From Alphaproteobacteria bacterium (GTDB taxonomy: Bacteria; Pseudomonadota; Alphaproteobacteria; G965218375): a DNA stretch of 64,000 nt. The DNA is taken from positions 186,432-250,431 of the forward strand of contig OZ244618.1 of NCBI GenBank assembly GCA_965218375.1, in the 5' to 3' direction. Within the stretch, counting starts at the first letter, position 1. The number at the start of each line of letters is the position of its first letter. A program made the translations under genes and the position numbers. Of this stretch, positions 1 to 9,801 are shown piece after piece. Under the pieces are notes generated by a model. That model was not told where the DNA came from, did no database searches, and saw only the letters and a list, made by a program, of their open reading frames with translations.

Positions 1-1
1 T

Positions 2-391
2 AAGAAAACCAAACTATGGTCGTTTGAAGTAAAGATACTAATCAACCGATCAAACGTGCGGGAGGTCTTTTTCCAAGCAGTGAGCAATTCCTCATGGGCC
101 AACTTTGGCTATTTGGTTACCAGCGAAATCGAAGGTGCTGATACGCTGAAAGAGCTTCGTATGCTTGCCAGCCTTCATGGCATTGGCTTTATACGGCTAG
201 ACACTGAGAACCCCTCAGAGAGCGAAATCATGATTCCTGCCAAGGAGCGCAGTGAAATTGATTGGGATACAGCGAACAGGTTGACGGAAGAAAACAAAGA
301 CTTTTTGGAATATATCAAGCTAATCCGTCAGTTTTACCAAACAGGCGAGATACGCCAGTCTGACTGGGACATGAGCGCAGAGCAGGATTAA
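2..391 (+). CDS. 3' part of a gene running off the left edge: PD-(D/E)xK-like nuclease-domain protein (COG2958 / HrgA-like family, recalled from memory)
   Basis: The frame is open from nt 2 (KKTKLWSFEVKILINRSN precedes the GTG listed at 56), so the ORF-track start is artificial. It contains an E-x-K motif (FEVK) and FFQAVSNSSWANFGYLV / GIGFIRLD motifs that I associate with HrgA-like restriction-related proteins. Stop TAA at 389-391. Confidence 0.55.
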   Translation, partial: KKTKLWSFEVKILINRSNVREVFFQAVSNSSWANFGYLVTSEIEGADTLKELRMLASLHGIGFIRLDTENPSESEIMIPAKERSEIDWDTANRLTEENKDFLEYIKLIRQFYQTGEIRQSDWDMSAEQD

Positions 392-686
392 TCCTTTTCC
401 AGTGTTCCTATAACTTTGAGGTTTTTGCTGCCATATTTGAAAACGCCATGCCATTGCTTTTGCCCGAGGACTTCCTTGCGCTCGATCATTAGCGTAAAGC
501 GGTCAATGCCGTATTGTTTAGAAGTGGCGTAATCTTCCAGTGCGTACCAAGCTTTACCGGCCAGTGTGGTACCCATTTTCTTGACCCTGTACTCAAAAAA
601 GCATTCAGCAACGCTTCCAGCCCTGCGTCGGTGCATTTTTCGTTTTGAACATCCTCAATCATGGCCTTGTAGAATAGTTTGCTCAT
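388..686 (-). pseudogene. Hypothetical protein split by a frameshift in a homopolymer run
   Basis: ORFs 489..686 and 388..636 overlap in different frames. They join into one ~99-aa reading frame (MSKLFYKAMIEDVQNEKCTDAGLEALLNAF|FEYRVKKMGTTLAGKAW...) if one base is added to the A6 run at 595-600 (T6 on the coding strand). Confidence 0.45.
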
Positions 687-1365
687 TGCGCTATCTTCTT
701 GTTTTAAATTGCTTTTTACACTTACAGTAGCGCTTCATTCCGAGCACTTATCAAGTGAATAAGATCATGTTTTTCAAGGATTTGAGCGGAACTTGGCTAG
801 GGCGCGTTGACCGAACCAAAAGGACATGACAGCGGCAAATAACGCCTGTGTTTCAGCGTCCCATAAGCGCATCGCCAAGCTGGCTCATCTCGGTGATGGG
901 GAAATGCCGAAGATATTGGAGAGCTTGGCCATGGGCCCGTCAGCTCTGTAGGGCATGATGTCAAAGGCGACGGCCATCTAAGATGCGGTCTTAACAAAAA
1001 ATCGGGCAAGGCATCTTCTGGCACACCCAGCTGACCTCCTGCCGCTGCAATCTGAGCCAGGCCTGCGGCAGACAGAGGAAGACGATAAGCTAAAAAAGCA
1101 GAAGAGGGAATTAGCAAATAAGCTTAAAAAAGCTTTCTGGCAGTCCGATGATCCTATACCTGATGTTAAGGGGGAAGGCATGTAAATGACAGGCATAGAC
1201 TTATGCGAACTGGCGGGGTGCCAAACCCTTGATTTCTTAATCCTAAAAGCTCCGTACTTCGCTTTTCTTTAGTCAAGTATTTTTCAGGAAAGCGGCATAA
1301 AAGCGCGAAAAATTAGAGAAAAATCGGGTGTTTTTATAGAGAAGCAAGTCAATTGTAAACAGCAA

Positions 1366-1390
1366 AAAAGCCCGCAAATGCTGGGCTTTT
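1366..1390. terminator. Hairpin AAAAGCCC-(9 nt)-GGGCTTTT, bidirectional terminator-like
   Basis: Perfect 8-bp stem flanked by A-run and T-run, about 45 nt beyond the 3' end of the tRNA gene. Confidence 0.5.
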
Positions 1391-1434
1391 GAGGCTATGC
1401 CGCATGGGGCACAGATAAGGTCGTTTTAAGTTAG

Positions 1435-1524
1435 TGGCGGAGGGGGTGGGATTCGAACCCACGGAAGGCGTGAACCCTCGTCGGTTTTCAAGACCGGTGC
1501 ATTCGACCACTCTGCCACCCCTCC
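1435..1524 (-). tRNA. tRNA-Ser (anticodon UGA)
   Basis: The reverse complement reads GGAGGGGTGGCAGAGTGGTCGAATGCACCGGTCTTGAAAACCGACGAGGGTTCACGCCTTCCGTGGGTTCGAATCCCACCCCCTCCGCCA. It has a 7-bp acceptor stem, a CU-UGA-AA anticodon loop, a long variable arm (class II), a GTTCGAATC T-loop and an encoded CCA. Confidence 0.93.
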
Positions 1525-1765
1525 AAGAACCTTATCAATTCAATTGATTAACAATTAAATCAATGAAGCTTGTTAGCATGAGACTTTGTGCATGTCTAGT
1601 AAAATTTTACTAAATAGACTTTTTATCGAGGTGTTTTTTATTTTTATTTCAATTTTTATTAGAGTATAAATAAATATGATACTAATCTTGCAAGATAGAA
1701 TGTACGACTATAACATAAAGCCAATCTTTTAATGATAATGTTTAACTCACTAAGGAATTCAAAGT

Positions 1766-2752
1766 ATGAAGAAGACGTATTTTCTATCAAGTTTCTTTAT
1801 CATTTTACTCACGTTACCTGGGGTAAGTTTTGGTAATGATAAAGCAACTCAGACGAAAAGCTTTAGCGCGTTCATCCAAGAAATTCATGCTGAAGCCTTA
1901 CAAAAAGGTATTAAACGTGAAACCTTAGACCGTGTTCTTACAAACTTAGAACCCTTTCAGCGAGCAATTACCCATGACCGCAACCAAGCGGAAGTTAAAG
2001 ATAGTATTTTAGCCTACAAAAATAGACGCGTAACACCAGCCCTTATTGCAGAGGGTAAAAACAAACTTCTGGAGCACAAGGAATTACTGGACGCAGTCTA
2101 TAAAAAATACGGTGTTCCACCTCGTTTTATTGTAGCGTTTTGGGGGGTTGAGTCTCGTTATGGAAAGCACACGGGCACATATAACATTATTCAGTCGCTC
2201 GCAACCCTCGCGTGGGATCCGCGTCGGAGTTCGTTTTTCAAAAAACAGCTGTTCCATGCTCTCACCATCTTAGACAAAGGCTATATCGAATTTGAAAAAT
2301 TTAAAGGGAGCTGGGCAGGTGAAGTAGGGGACATGCAATTTATACCAGGAAGCTATCTTACATGGGCGATTGATGCAAATAATGATGGGCGTCGGGACTT
2401 ATGGGATACCCATGAAGATATTTTTGCTTCCGCAGGAAATTATCTTCAAGATAACGGTTGGAAAAGAAATACCACATGGGGCAGAATGGTCCGCGTCCCA
2501 AAAGGGATTGATATTAGTAAATTTTCACGCGAAATCGAAACATCCTTGTCTGAATACCAAGCAATGGGAATTCGGAGAATGACAGGCGCTGACCTTCCAA
2601 ACGTTGATATCAAAGCAGGTCTGCTGTTCCCCGATGAAAATGATCCGACAATAGCTTTCCTTATATATCATAACTTCAAAGTTATTTTACGCTGGAATAG
2701 ATCTCTTTCCTATGCCGTTACTATAGGCTCTTTAGCCGATGCCTTAAGATAA
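1766..2752 (+). CDS. mltB: Lytic murein transglycosylase, MltB family (SLT_2)
   Basis: Signal peptide, FWGVESRYG catalytic-Glu motif, 328 aa. Confidence 0.85.
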   Translation: MKKTYFLSSFFIILLTLPGVSFGNDKATQTKSFSAFIQEIHAEALQKGIKRETLDRVLTNLEPFQRAITHDRNQAEVKDSILAYKNRRVTPALIAEGKNKLLEHKELLDAVYKKYGVPPRFIVAFWGVESRYGKHTGTYNIIQSLATLAWDPRRSSFFKKQLFHALTILDKGYIEFEKFKGSWAGEVGDMQFIPGSYLTWAIDANNDGRRDLWDTHEDIFASAGNYLQDNGWKRNTTWGRMVRVPKGIDISKFSREIETSLSEYQAMGIRRMTGADLPNVDIKAGLLFPDENDPTIAFLIYHNFKVILRWNRSLSYAVTIGSLADALR

Positions 2753-2767
2753 AAACAAAGATCGAGT

Positions 2768-3715
2768 ATGTTCATTTTTCGCCTTATAAGAATTTTATGC
2801 ACCTTATGCGCACTCAGTCTCTTGCTTAGTGGATGTTTGTCTCTGCCTCAGCCTTATAGTAAGAATACACCCACCCCTCCCGCAGAGATATCTACTGATA
2901 AAAAAGGACAATATAAAGTCGGCAAGCCCTACAATATTAATGGCAAATGGTACTACCCCAAAGTAGATCATGACTATGACAAGACTGGCTTAGCATCATG
3001 GTACGGTCCTAATTTTCATAATAAGCTCACGGCAAATGGTGAAGTTTTTGATCAATGGGCTGTCTCTGCTGCACACAAAACATTGCCGATGCCATCAATG
3101 GTAAGGGTGACGAATTTAGAAAATGGCCGTTCCATTGTTTTGCGGATTAATGACCGTGGGCCCTTTGTTGATGATCGGATTATTGACCTTTCACGTGAAG
3201 CGGCGCGACTTCTGGGTATGGAGAAGCAGGGGGTGGCTCAAGTACGAGTCAATGTTATGGAAGCTTCAGAGAATTCGTCTGAATTTATTTTACCCCCTGT
3301 AGATAAATCTGAGTCCTTGCCGAAATTAAACGCGCAACCAACTGGTGGTGTTGTTGTTGCAAGAGATATTGACCAACCTAATTCTTCTGATACTCAAGTG
3401 GTTCAGCCCTCACACTCCGACCAACCATCACAAGATGTCACCACGAATCAGGTTTCAGAGGAATTTACCCAATTAGAGCCTAATCCAGGGAAAATATATG
3501 TTCAAATAGGCGCGTTTACCATCCAAGAAAATGCGCAAAGGTTAGGCAAAATAGTACGTTCCTATGGTTTGACTGATATTACGCCCGTCTCTATTAGCGA
3601 TCAAACCTTCTATCGCGTTCGCATTGGCCCTATTGATGATGTAGAATATGCTGACCATTTAATCAAAATGCTTGACGTCCAAGGAGTAAAAGATGCCCAC
3701 ATTGTTATTGATTGA
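2768..3715 (+). CDS. rlpA: Septal ring lytic transglycosylase RlpA (DPBB domain) with C-terminal SPOR domain
   Basis: Lipobox LLSGC; GLASWYGPNFHNKLTANGEVFD ... RINDRGPF; C-terminal YVQIGAF...YRVRIGP SPOR-like segment. Confidence 0.9.
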   Translation: MFIFRLIRILCTLCALSLLLSGCLSLPQPYSKNTPTPPAEISTDKKGQYKVGKPYNINGKWYYPKVDHDYDKTGLASWYGPNFHNKLTANGEVFDQWAVSAAHKTLPMPSMVRVTNLENGRSIVLRINDRGPFVDDRIIDLSREAARLLGMEKQGVAQVRVNVMEASENSSEFILPPVDKSESLPKLNAQPTGGVVVARDIDQPNSSDTQVVQPSHSDQPSQDVTTNQVSEEFTQLEPNPGKIYVQIGAFTIQENAQRLGKIVRSYGLTDITPVSISDQTFYRVRIGPIDDVEYADHLIKMLDVQGVKDAHIVID

Positions 3716-3743
3716 TCAAAATTCATAAGTCAGGTTTAAAAAA

Positions 3744-4883
3744 ATGCTCTCTAGATTTATAATATATAGCATCATAATTTTGTCATTTTCCCTTCCAAGT
3801 TATGGTTTGGACTGGCCAAGCATCTCAACATCTGCCCGAGAGGCGATCCTTATGGATGCGGATACAGGTACAGTTTTAATGGAGAAAAATGCTGACACAT
3901 TAACCACACCAGCATCCATGTCTAAACTTTTAACGATCTTGATTATTTTTGAAAAATTACAAGATAAAAGCCTTTCCATGGAAGATAAGTTTTTAGTGAG
4001 CGAAAAAGCGTGGCGAAAAGGGGGCACTAAAATGTTTGTGGAAGTCGGCAAAAAGGTCTCGATTGCTGATCTTCTCTATGGAATCATTGTGCAATCTGGC
4101 AATGACGCCTGTATTGTTGTGGCGGAGGGAATTGCTGGAAGTGAAGAAGTATTCGCTGAAATGATGACCCGTAGAGCGGCTCAAATAGGTCTGAAAAAGT
4201 CTACCTTTACCAATGCGACAGGATGGCCGGATCCCAACCACCTCTCAACCATGCGTGATTTAGCCCTCGTTGCAAAGTATATTTTTGATAATTTCCCAGA
4301 ATATTATCATATCTTCTCTGAGAAAGAATTTAAGTACAACGATATTCAACAATACAATCGCAACAGCTTACTTTGGAAAAACTTGGGCGTTGATGGGTTA
4401 AAAACGGGACGCTCGAAAAAGTCTGGGTATGGAATAGTTGCATCGGCACAACGCAATGGACGTCGCTTGATTTTAGTTGTTAATGGCTTACAGAGTACAA
4501 AAGAGCGGACACAGCAATCTACAATCCTTTTCGAGTGGGGCTTTAGATCATTTGAAAATTATCATGTTGCCAAAAAAGGGGAGGTAATTGCAGAGATTCC
4601 TGTCTGGCTGGGTAAAAAACAATCCGTTCCCATAACCGCCAACGATAATATCATTCTGACGCTTCCGAAAACAAAAGACAAAAAAACACTTGTCGACGTC
4701 GTTTACAATTCCCCCATATCTGCGCCCATAAAAAAGGGAATGCCTGTGGCAACCCTTAAAATACATAGGTTTAATGAGGTGCTCAGCCAGCATGACTTAT
4801 TTACCGCAGAAGACGTGAAGCGCCTTAATCTTTTTGGTCGCCTAAAGTCAGTCTTGATTTATTTAGTCTTAGGTGTCATGTAA
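3744..4883 (+). CDS. D-alanyl-D-alanine carboxypeptidase (peptidase S11, PBP5/6-like)
   Basis: SxxK (SMSK), SxN (SGND) and KTG motifs in the canonical order; signal peptide. Confidence 0.9.
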   Translation: MLSRFIIYSIIILSFSLPSYGLDWPSISTSAREAILMDADTGTVLMEKNADTLTTPASMSKLLTILIIFEKLQDKSLSMEDKFLVSEKAWRKGGTKMFVEVGKKVSIADLLYGIIVQSGNDACIVVAEGIAGSEEVFAEMMTRRAAQIGLKKSTFTNATGWPDPNHLSTMRDLALVAKYIFDNFPEYYHIFSEKEFKYNDIQQYNRNSLLWKNLGVDGLKTGRSKKSGYGIVASAQRNGRRLILVVNGLQSTKERTQQSTILFEWGFRSFENYHVAKKGEVIAEIPVWLGKKQSVPITANDNIILTLPKTKDKKTLVDVVYNSPISAPIKKGMPVATLKIHRFNEVLSQHDLFTAEDVKRLNLFGRLKSVLIYLVLGVM

Positions 4884-4893
4884 GTTAAAAGTT

Positions 4894-5538
4894 ATGCCTT
4901 ATAAATTTATTACTTTTGAAGGATGTGAAGGCGCTGGAAAAACAACCCAAGCCCATCTCTTAATGCAAAAATTGGAACGCCTTCACTTTGCGGTTCATAC
5001 GACGCGTGAACCTGGGGGCACTTCAGGGGCAGAAAGCATACGGAATTTACTCGTTCATACACCAGAAAACGAATGGTCATCAACTACCGAGCTGTTATTG
5101 ATTAATGCGGCACGATCAGATCACTTTGAAAAGGTGATTAAGCCAAAGTTAGATAAAGGTGTGTGGGTGATTTGTGATCGATTTATTGACTCAACATTTG
5201 TTTATCAGACGGTTGCGGGCAATGCTTCTAAAAGCCTCGTGAATGTTCTTAATTCTTCTATAATTGATGATATGAAGCCATCTCTCACATTATATTTAGA
5301 TATTCCCGTCACAACAGGTTTGCAGCGGAAAATGGAGCGGGAGGACCAAGAGATTAATATCTTCGAAAATAAAAAAACCGCCTTTCATGAAAAAATACGA
5401 AAGGGTTTTCTTGACCTAGCCCAAACTGAAGACCGGATTAAAATCATTGACGCTACCCTTGATATAAAAATCATAGAACAGAAAATATGGACGCAGGTCC
5501 AAAACACTTTCCACTTAGAAAATGACCCAAGAGCATGA
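4894..5538 (+). CDS. tmk: Thymidylate kinase
   Basis: MPYKFITFEGCEGAGKTTQ P-loop. I chose the ATG at 4894 rather than the GTG at 4873, which overlaps the dac gene. Confidence 0.9.
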   Translation: MPYKFITFEGCEGAGKTTQAHLLMQKLERLHFAVHTTREPGGTSGAESIRNLLVHTPENEWSSTTELLLINAARSDHFEKVIKPKLDKGVWVICDRFIDSTFVYQTVAGNASKSLVNVLNSSIIDDMKPSLTLYLDIPVTTGLQRKMEREDQEINIFENKKTAFHEKIRKGFLDLAQTEDRIKIIDATLDIKIIEQKIWTQVQNTFHLENDPRA

Positions 5539-6637
5539 GCCCTGTCCTTGGGATCCCGCCCATGATCCCAACATTCCCCATCCGTCACGATGTCAACAAC
5601 TCGTGGGGCACGATCAGGTATTAAATAAAATATTTCACGCTTGGCGTCATCATCGACTTGGGCATGGACTTATTTTATGTGGACCTAAAGGCATTGGCAA
5701 AGCAACATTGGGATATAAAATTGCGCAATTTATATTGCACCACGGCCTGATGCCCCCCCTTGAGACCCAAGAAGATACGCCTACGGGTCTCAATGATATT
5801 CCTCAAAATAGTCATACAATACGCCGAATTTTAGCGGGCAGTCACGCCGAATTTATTCCCCTTATGCGTAAGGTAGATGTTAAATCACAAAAACTACAAA
5901 ATGAAATCTCAATTCATACCATACGCGGTATTCATACCCATATCCATAGTACATCTGCGGAAGGAAAGGGGAGGGTGATTTTAATCGACTCCCTTGATGA
6001 TATGAATATAAATGCCAAGAATGCTCTCTTAAAAACCTTAGAAGAGCCGCCTAAAAATACCATCCTGATTATGATTGCCCATACACCGTGGAATATTATC
6101 CCAACCATATTATCCCGCTCTCAAAAAATTAATCTTTCGCCCTTATCCCAAGACGACCTCTTGATTCTGTTTAAAAGAAATAATATAAATACCAATCTTG
6201 AGCTTTTTCCATTAATATTAGCGCTATCGATGGGGAGCTACGGTCATGTTCATAAATTAATGACAAAACCTGCTCAAAAAGTTATTCTGCATTTTATAGA
6301 GTTGCTGACCAAGATACCTAAACAAGACATACCTGCTGAACATGCCTTTGGTGATATGTTCAGTAAACAAAATGGTGATGATATGTTTTACATATTTCAG
6401 GATATAGTCTATTGGTGGTTAAACCATTTAGGAAAAAAATATATTACGACCCCCCAAAAGGGGGATTTATTCCAAGGAGAAAGCACAATAGTCCATATTC
6501 TCAAAAGACACCACCCACAAGAGCATTGGTCCGATGTATGGGAAAAGTTGACATACCTTTTTGATCAGACGACCCGTGTAAACTTAGATAAGAAACAAAC
6601 AGTCCTTATTACAATGAAAGAAATCACGTCTTTATAA
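5522..6637 (+). CDS. holB: DNA polymerase III delta-prime subunit
   Basis: GHGLILCGPKGIGKATL AAA+-like motif, and the conserved tmk-holB-metG order. Confidence 0.85.
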   Translation: MTQEHEPCPWDPAHDPNIPHPSRCQQLVGHDQVLNKIFHAWRHHRLGHGLILCGPKGIGKATLGYKIAQFILHHGLMPPLETQEDTPTGLNDIPQNSHTIRRILAGSHAEFIPLMRKVDVKSQKLQNEISIHTIRGIHTHIHSTSAEGKGRVILIDSLDDMNINAKNALLKTLEEPPKNTILIMIAHTPWNIIPTILSRSQKINLSPLSQDDLLILFKRNNINTNLELFPLILALSMGSYGHVHKLMTKPAQKVILHFIELLTKIPKQDIPAEHAFGDMFSKQNGDDMFYIFQDIVYWWLNHLGKKYITTPQKGDLFQGESTIVHILKRHHPQEHWSDVWEKLTYLFDQTTRVNLDKKQTVLITMKEITSL

Positions 6638-6700
6638 CTCGTAACCTATACAAAAGATTATGTGACCTATAGGGACTCCATCTAAAGGTTTGATCATTTT

Positions 6701-8263
6701 ATGCACAACAAAACGCCTTATTATATTACAACCCCAATTTATTACGTTAATGACAAGCCGCATATTGGCCATGCCTATACAACGCTTGCATGTGACGTCA
6801 TTGCACGGTTTATGCGCCTTGATGGTAGAGAAGTTATTTTCTCAACGGGCACAGATGAGTATGGACAAAAGGTTGAAAAATCGGCAAAAAAGAAAAACAT
6901 GGATCCGTTAAGTTTTGTCAATGACGTCTCGGAAAACTTTAAAGATCTGACGAAAAAAATGAACTTTTCCAATGATCAGTTTATTCGCACGACAGAGACT
7001 CGGCATATTAAGGCAGCTCAGGAAATCTGGAAAACCTTAATGGATAAAAATCAAATTTATCTTGGGGAGTATCAAGGGTGGTACTCGGTGCGAGATGAGG
7101 CGTTTTATAATGAAGATGAGCTTACAGTTAATGAAAATGGTCAGCGCATCGCTCCCACCAATGCTGAAGTTGAATGGGTGAAAGAGCCAAGCTACTTTTT
7201 TCGCTTATCGGAGTGGGGGGATAAATTACTTCAATTTTATGAGGATAACCCCAATTTTATTGCACCTAAAAGTCGCCGTAATGAAGTTATCTCGTTTGTT
7301 AAACAAGGGTTACGCGACCTTTCAATCTCAAGAACCAGCTTTAAATGGGGTGTTCAAGTCCCTGATAATCAGGACCACGTTATATATGTCTGGTTAGATG
7401 CCCTGACCAACTATCTGACAATTGTGGATTATCCCAATACCAATTCTGAAAAATTTAAGCAGTACTGGCCTGCAAACCTGCACATTATTGGCAAAGATAT
7501 TCTTCGGTTCCACGTCATTTATTGGCCAGCTTTTTTAATGGCAGCAGATATCGCGCCTCCCCAGAGAGTATTTTCCCATGGGTGGTGGACCAATCAGAAA
7601 GAGAAAATCTCTAAATCTCTTGGGAATGTAATTAACCCTTACGAGATTGTTGACCTTTATGGGCTGGATCAAGTGCGTTACTTTTTATTAAGAGAAGTGC
7701 CTTTCGGAAGTGACGGGGACTTTTCCCATAATGCGGTTGTCCAACGAATAAATGCCGACCTTGCAAATAATCTAGGGAACTTGTGCCAACGGGTTTTCAG
7801 TATGATTTATAAAAACGCCGCTCTGAACATTCCGCAGACCCATGAGAAAACCCAAAAGGAAATTGACCTATTGGACCAAGTCTACCAGCTTCTGCCTAAA
7901 TCACGGACGTATATTAATGAACAAAATTTCTTTAAAATGCTCAATGAAATATGGGACGTGATTGACCAGTGCAACCGCCATATAAATGAGCAAGCACCGT
8001 GGAACTTAAAGAAAACAAACCCAACATATATGCATGTTGTGCTCTATACCCTAGCGGAAGCGTTAAGAAATATTGGGATTCTTCTGCAGCCAGTCATGCC
8101 CCAATCTATGGATAACCTGTTGTCCCAGTTAAAAGTACCTCAAGATCAGCGGACCATGTCTCATATAGGTCCAGAACACGCCCTTGAGTTTGGCCTTAAA
8201 CTGGACAAGCCAGAAAGCATCTTCCCACGCCATGATACCATACCTCAAGAAACTGTCGTTTAA
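6701..8263 (+). CDS. metG: Methionine--tRNA ligase (short form)
   Basis: HIGH motif (KPHIGHAYT) and KMSKS motif (KISKSLGN). Confidence 0.95.
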   Translation: MHNKTPYYITTPIYYVNDKPHIGHAYTTLACDVIARFMRLDGREVIFSTGTDEYGQKVEKSAKKKNMDPLSFVNDVSENFKDLTKKMNFSNDQFIRTTETRHIKAAQEIWKTLMDKNQIYLGEYQGWYSVRDEAFYNEDELTVNENGQRIAPTNAEVEWVKEPSYFFRLSEWGDKLLQFYEDNPNFIAPKSRRNEVISFVKQGLRDLSISRTSFKWGVQVPDNQDHVIYVWLDALTNYLTIVDYPNTNSEKFKQYWPANLHIIGKDILRFHVIYWPAFLMAADIAPPQRVFSHGWWTNQKEKISKSLGNVINPYEIVDLYGLDQVRYFLLREVPFGSDGDFSHNAVVQRINADLANNLGNLCQRVFSMIYKNAALNIPQTHEKTQKEIDLLDQVYQLLPKSRTYINEQNFFKMLNEIWDVIDQCNRHINEQAPWNLKKTNPTYMHVVLYTLAEALRNIGILLQPVMPQSMDNLLSQLKVPQDQRTMSHIGPEHALEFGLKLDKPESIFPRHDTIPQETVV

Positions 8264-8265
8264 AT

Positions 8266-9057
8266 ATGTTATATGATAGCCACTGTCACTTAAATATGGA
8301 GGCCTACGCAGATGACCTTAATCAGATTATTGATCGCGCAACCTTGGCAGGTGTCCATACATTATTGACAATTTCCATAAAAATCAGTCAAGTCCCTGAC
8401 GTTATCGCTATTGCTGAACAATACCCACAAGTGTATGCCAGCATTGGCGTTCACCCCCATGAAGCTGCCCATGAGCCTATAGCAGAAGTCCATGAGTTAG
8501 TTACCCTGACCGAGCATCCAAAGGTTGTTGGTATTGGCGAGACGGGCTTAGACTTTTACTATGAAAAATCACCGAGAGACAAACAGGAGGAGAGCTTTAG
8601 AAACCATATTGCAGCCTCTCGTCAAACGGGAATACCTTTGATTGTTCATACCCGCAGCGCTGATGGGGATACCATTCGCATTATGAAGGAAGAAGCAAGA
8701 GAAAAGGGGGGGTATCCAGGGGTTATTCATTGCTTCAGCTCAGGGGTAGATGTGGCGAAAATGGCCCTTGATTTGGGATTTATGATTTCTATATCAGGCA
8801 TTATTACCTTTAAAAAGGCACAGGATCTGCAAGATATTGTTAAAACGCTTCCCATTAACCGACTGCTGATTGAAACTGACGCGCCTTATCTCGCTCCCAT
8901 GCCGTATCGAGGAAAAAGAAATGAACCTGCGTTCATTATTCATACAGCAGAGAAACTAGCCGCTATCATGGACGTTCCTCAAGAAAAACTTATTTCGCAG
9001 CTCCATAGCAACTTCCTACAAACATTCTCAAAAATCACTCCCCATAAAGGTGCTTAA
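8266..9057 (+). CDS. tatD: TatD-family metal-dependent hydrolase/DNase
   Basis: N-terminal YDSHCHL, and GETGLDFYY; 263 aa. Confidence 0.9.
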   Translation: MLYDSHCHLNMEAYADDLNQIIDRATLAGVHTLLTISIKISQVPDVIAIAEQYPQVYASIGVHPHEAAHEPIAEVHELVTLTEHPKVVGIGETGLDFYYEKSPRDKQEESFRNHIAASRQTGIPLIVHTRSADGDTIRIMKEEAREKGGYPGVIHCFSSGVDVAKMALDLGFMISISGIITFKKAQDLQDIVKTLPINRLLIETDAPYLAPMPYRGKRNEPAFIIHTAEKLAAIMDVPQEKLISQLHSNFLQTFSKITPHKGA

Positions 9058-9568
9058 GGCACACATGAACTCAGTTACAGCTTAGCTGCTTTTTTAAAAG
9101 GATTTTTTAGGCTAACGGAGCGCCTATCTGCGCTTATTGTTTAGATTCAAACCCCTATAGAAGTTCCATAATTATTATTATCGGAATTTAAGGAATGCGT
9201 GTGTAGCAAGTCTTCACGGATTCCCTACAAATACCCGCTCTACTCACTTCTCATACCCCTTAGCCAGGCGTTCGCTTGAATAATGGTTTTTCCATGTGCA
9301 AGACTTGCCGCGCGCCATCTTTGTTCATTAAGTATTTTTTTTATTGGAATAACTTTTTTTGAAATTCAGATAAATAATAATGCAAGCTATGAATTACCTA
9401 TTTACCCTAAACGTAAAAATAGCTATTAATATTTGTCTACGCTGACTTGCCCCAATATTCGGATATAATACGGTCTGAATTTCATATGTTGATTGGGTCT
9501 TGTCATGGGTACAAATGCTCAAGTCAAGCTTGAAAAATAATTATGTCTATAGAATTACTGGAGTACAC

Positions 9569-9784
9569 ATGCTTTTAAACGAGTTCAAAAAAGTCGAAGC
9601 CTACCTTAGGCAACGATTTAATAATCAAGAAATAAATATTAATAATAAAATACATTCCGATAATTCTGTTGAATTTAATATTGGTTCCGAATTTATTGGT
9701 ATCATTTATCGTGATGACGAAGAAGGTAGCGTTTCTTACGCCGTTCACATGAGCGTCCTTGAAGAAGACTTAACCGAGGAATAA
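9569..9784 (+). CDS. DUF3126-family small protein
   Basis: MLLNEFKKVEAYLRQRF...IGSEFIGIIYRDDEEGSVSY...VLEEDL matches the alphaproteobacterial DUF3126 pattern as I recall it. GGAG lies 8 nt upstream of the ATG at 9569. The 9500 start in the ORF track is probably too long. Confidence 0.7.
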   Translation: MLLNEFKKVEAYLRQRFNNQEININNKIHSDNSVEFNIGSEFIGIIYRDDEEGSVSYAVHMSVLEEDLTEE

Positions 9785-9801
9785 CCGCCCTCCTCCTTGA
9801 A

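Noticed and set aside
797-1196. Two overlapping minus-strand ORFs (797..1117 and 978..1196) in the G+C-richer islet
   Set aside because: The products are low-complexity and rich in Ser/Pro/Leu/Ala/Cys. The ORFs overlap each other, have no obvious RBS, and lie in G+C-richer DNA, where long spurious ORFs are expected. I treat the region as decayed or non-coding.
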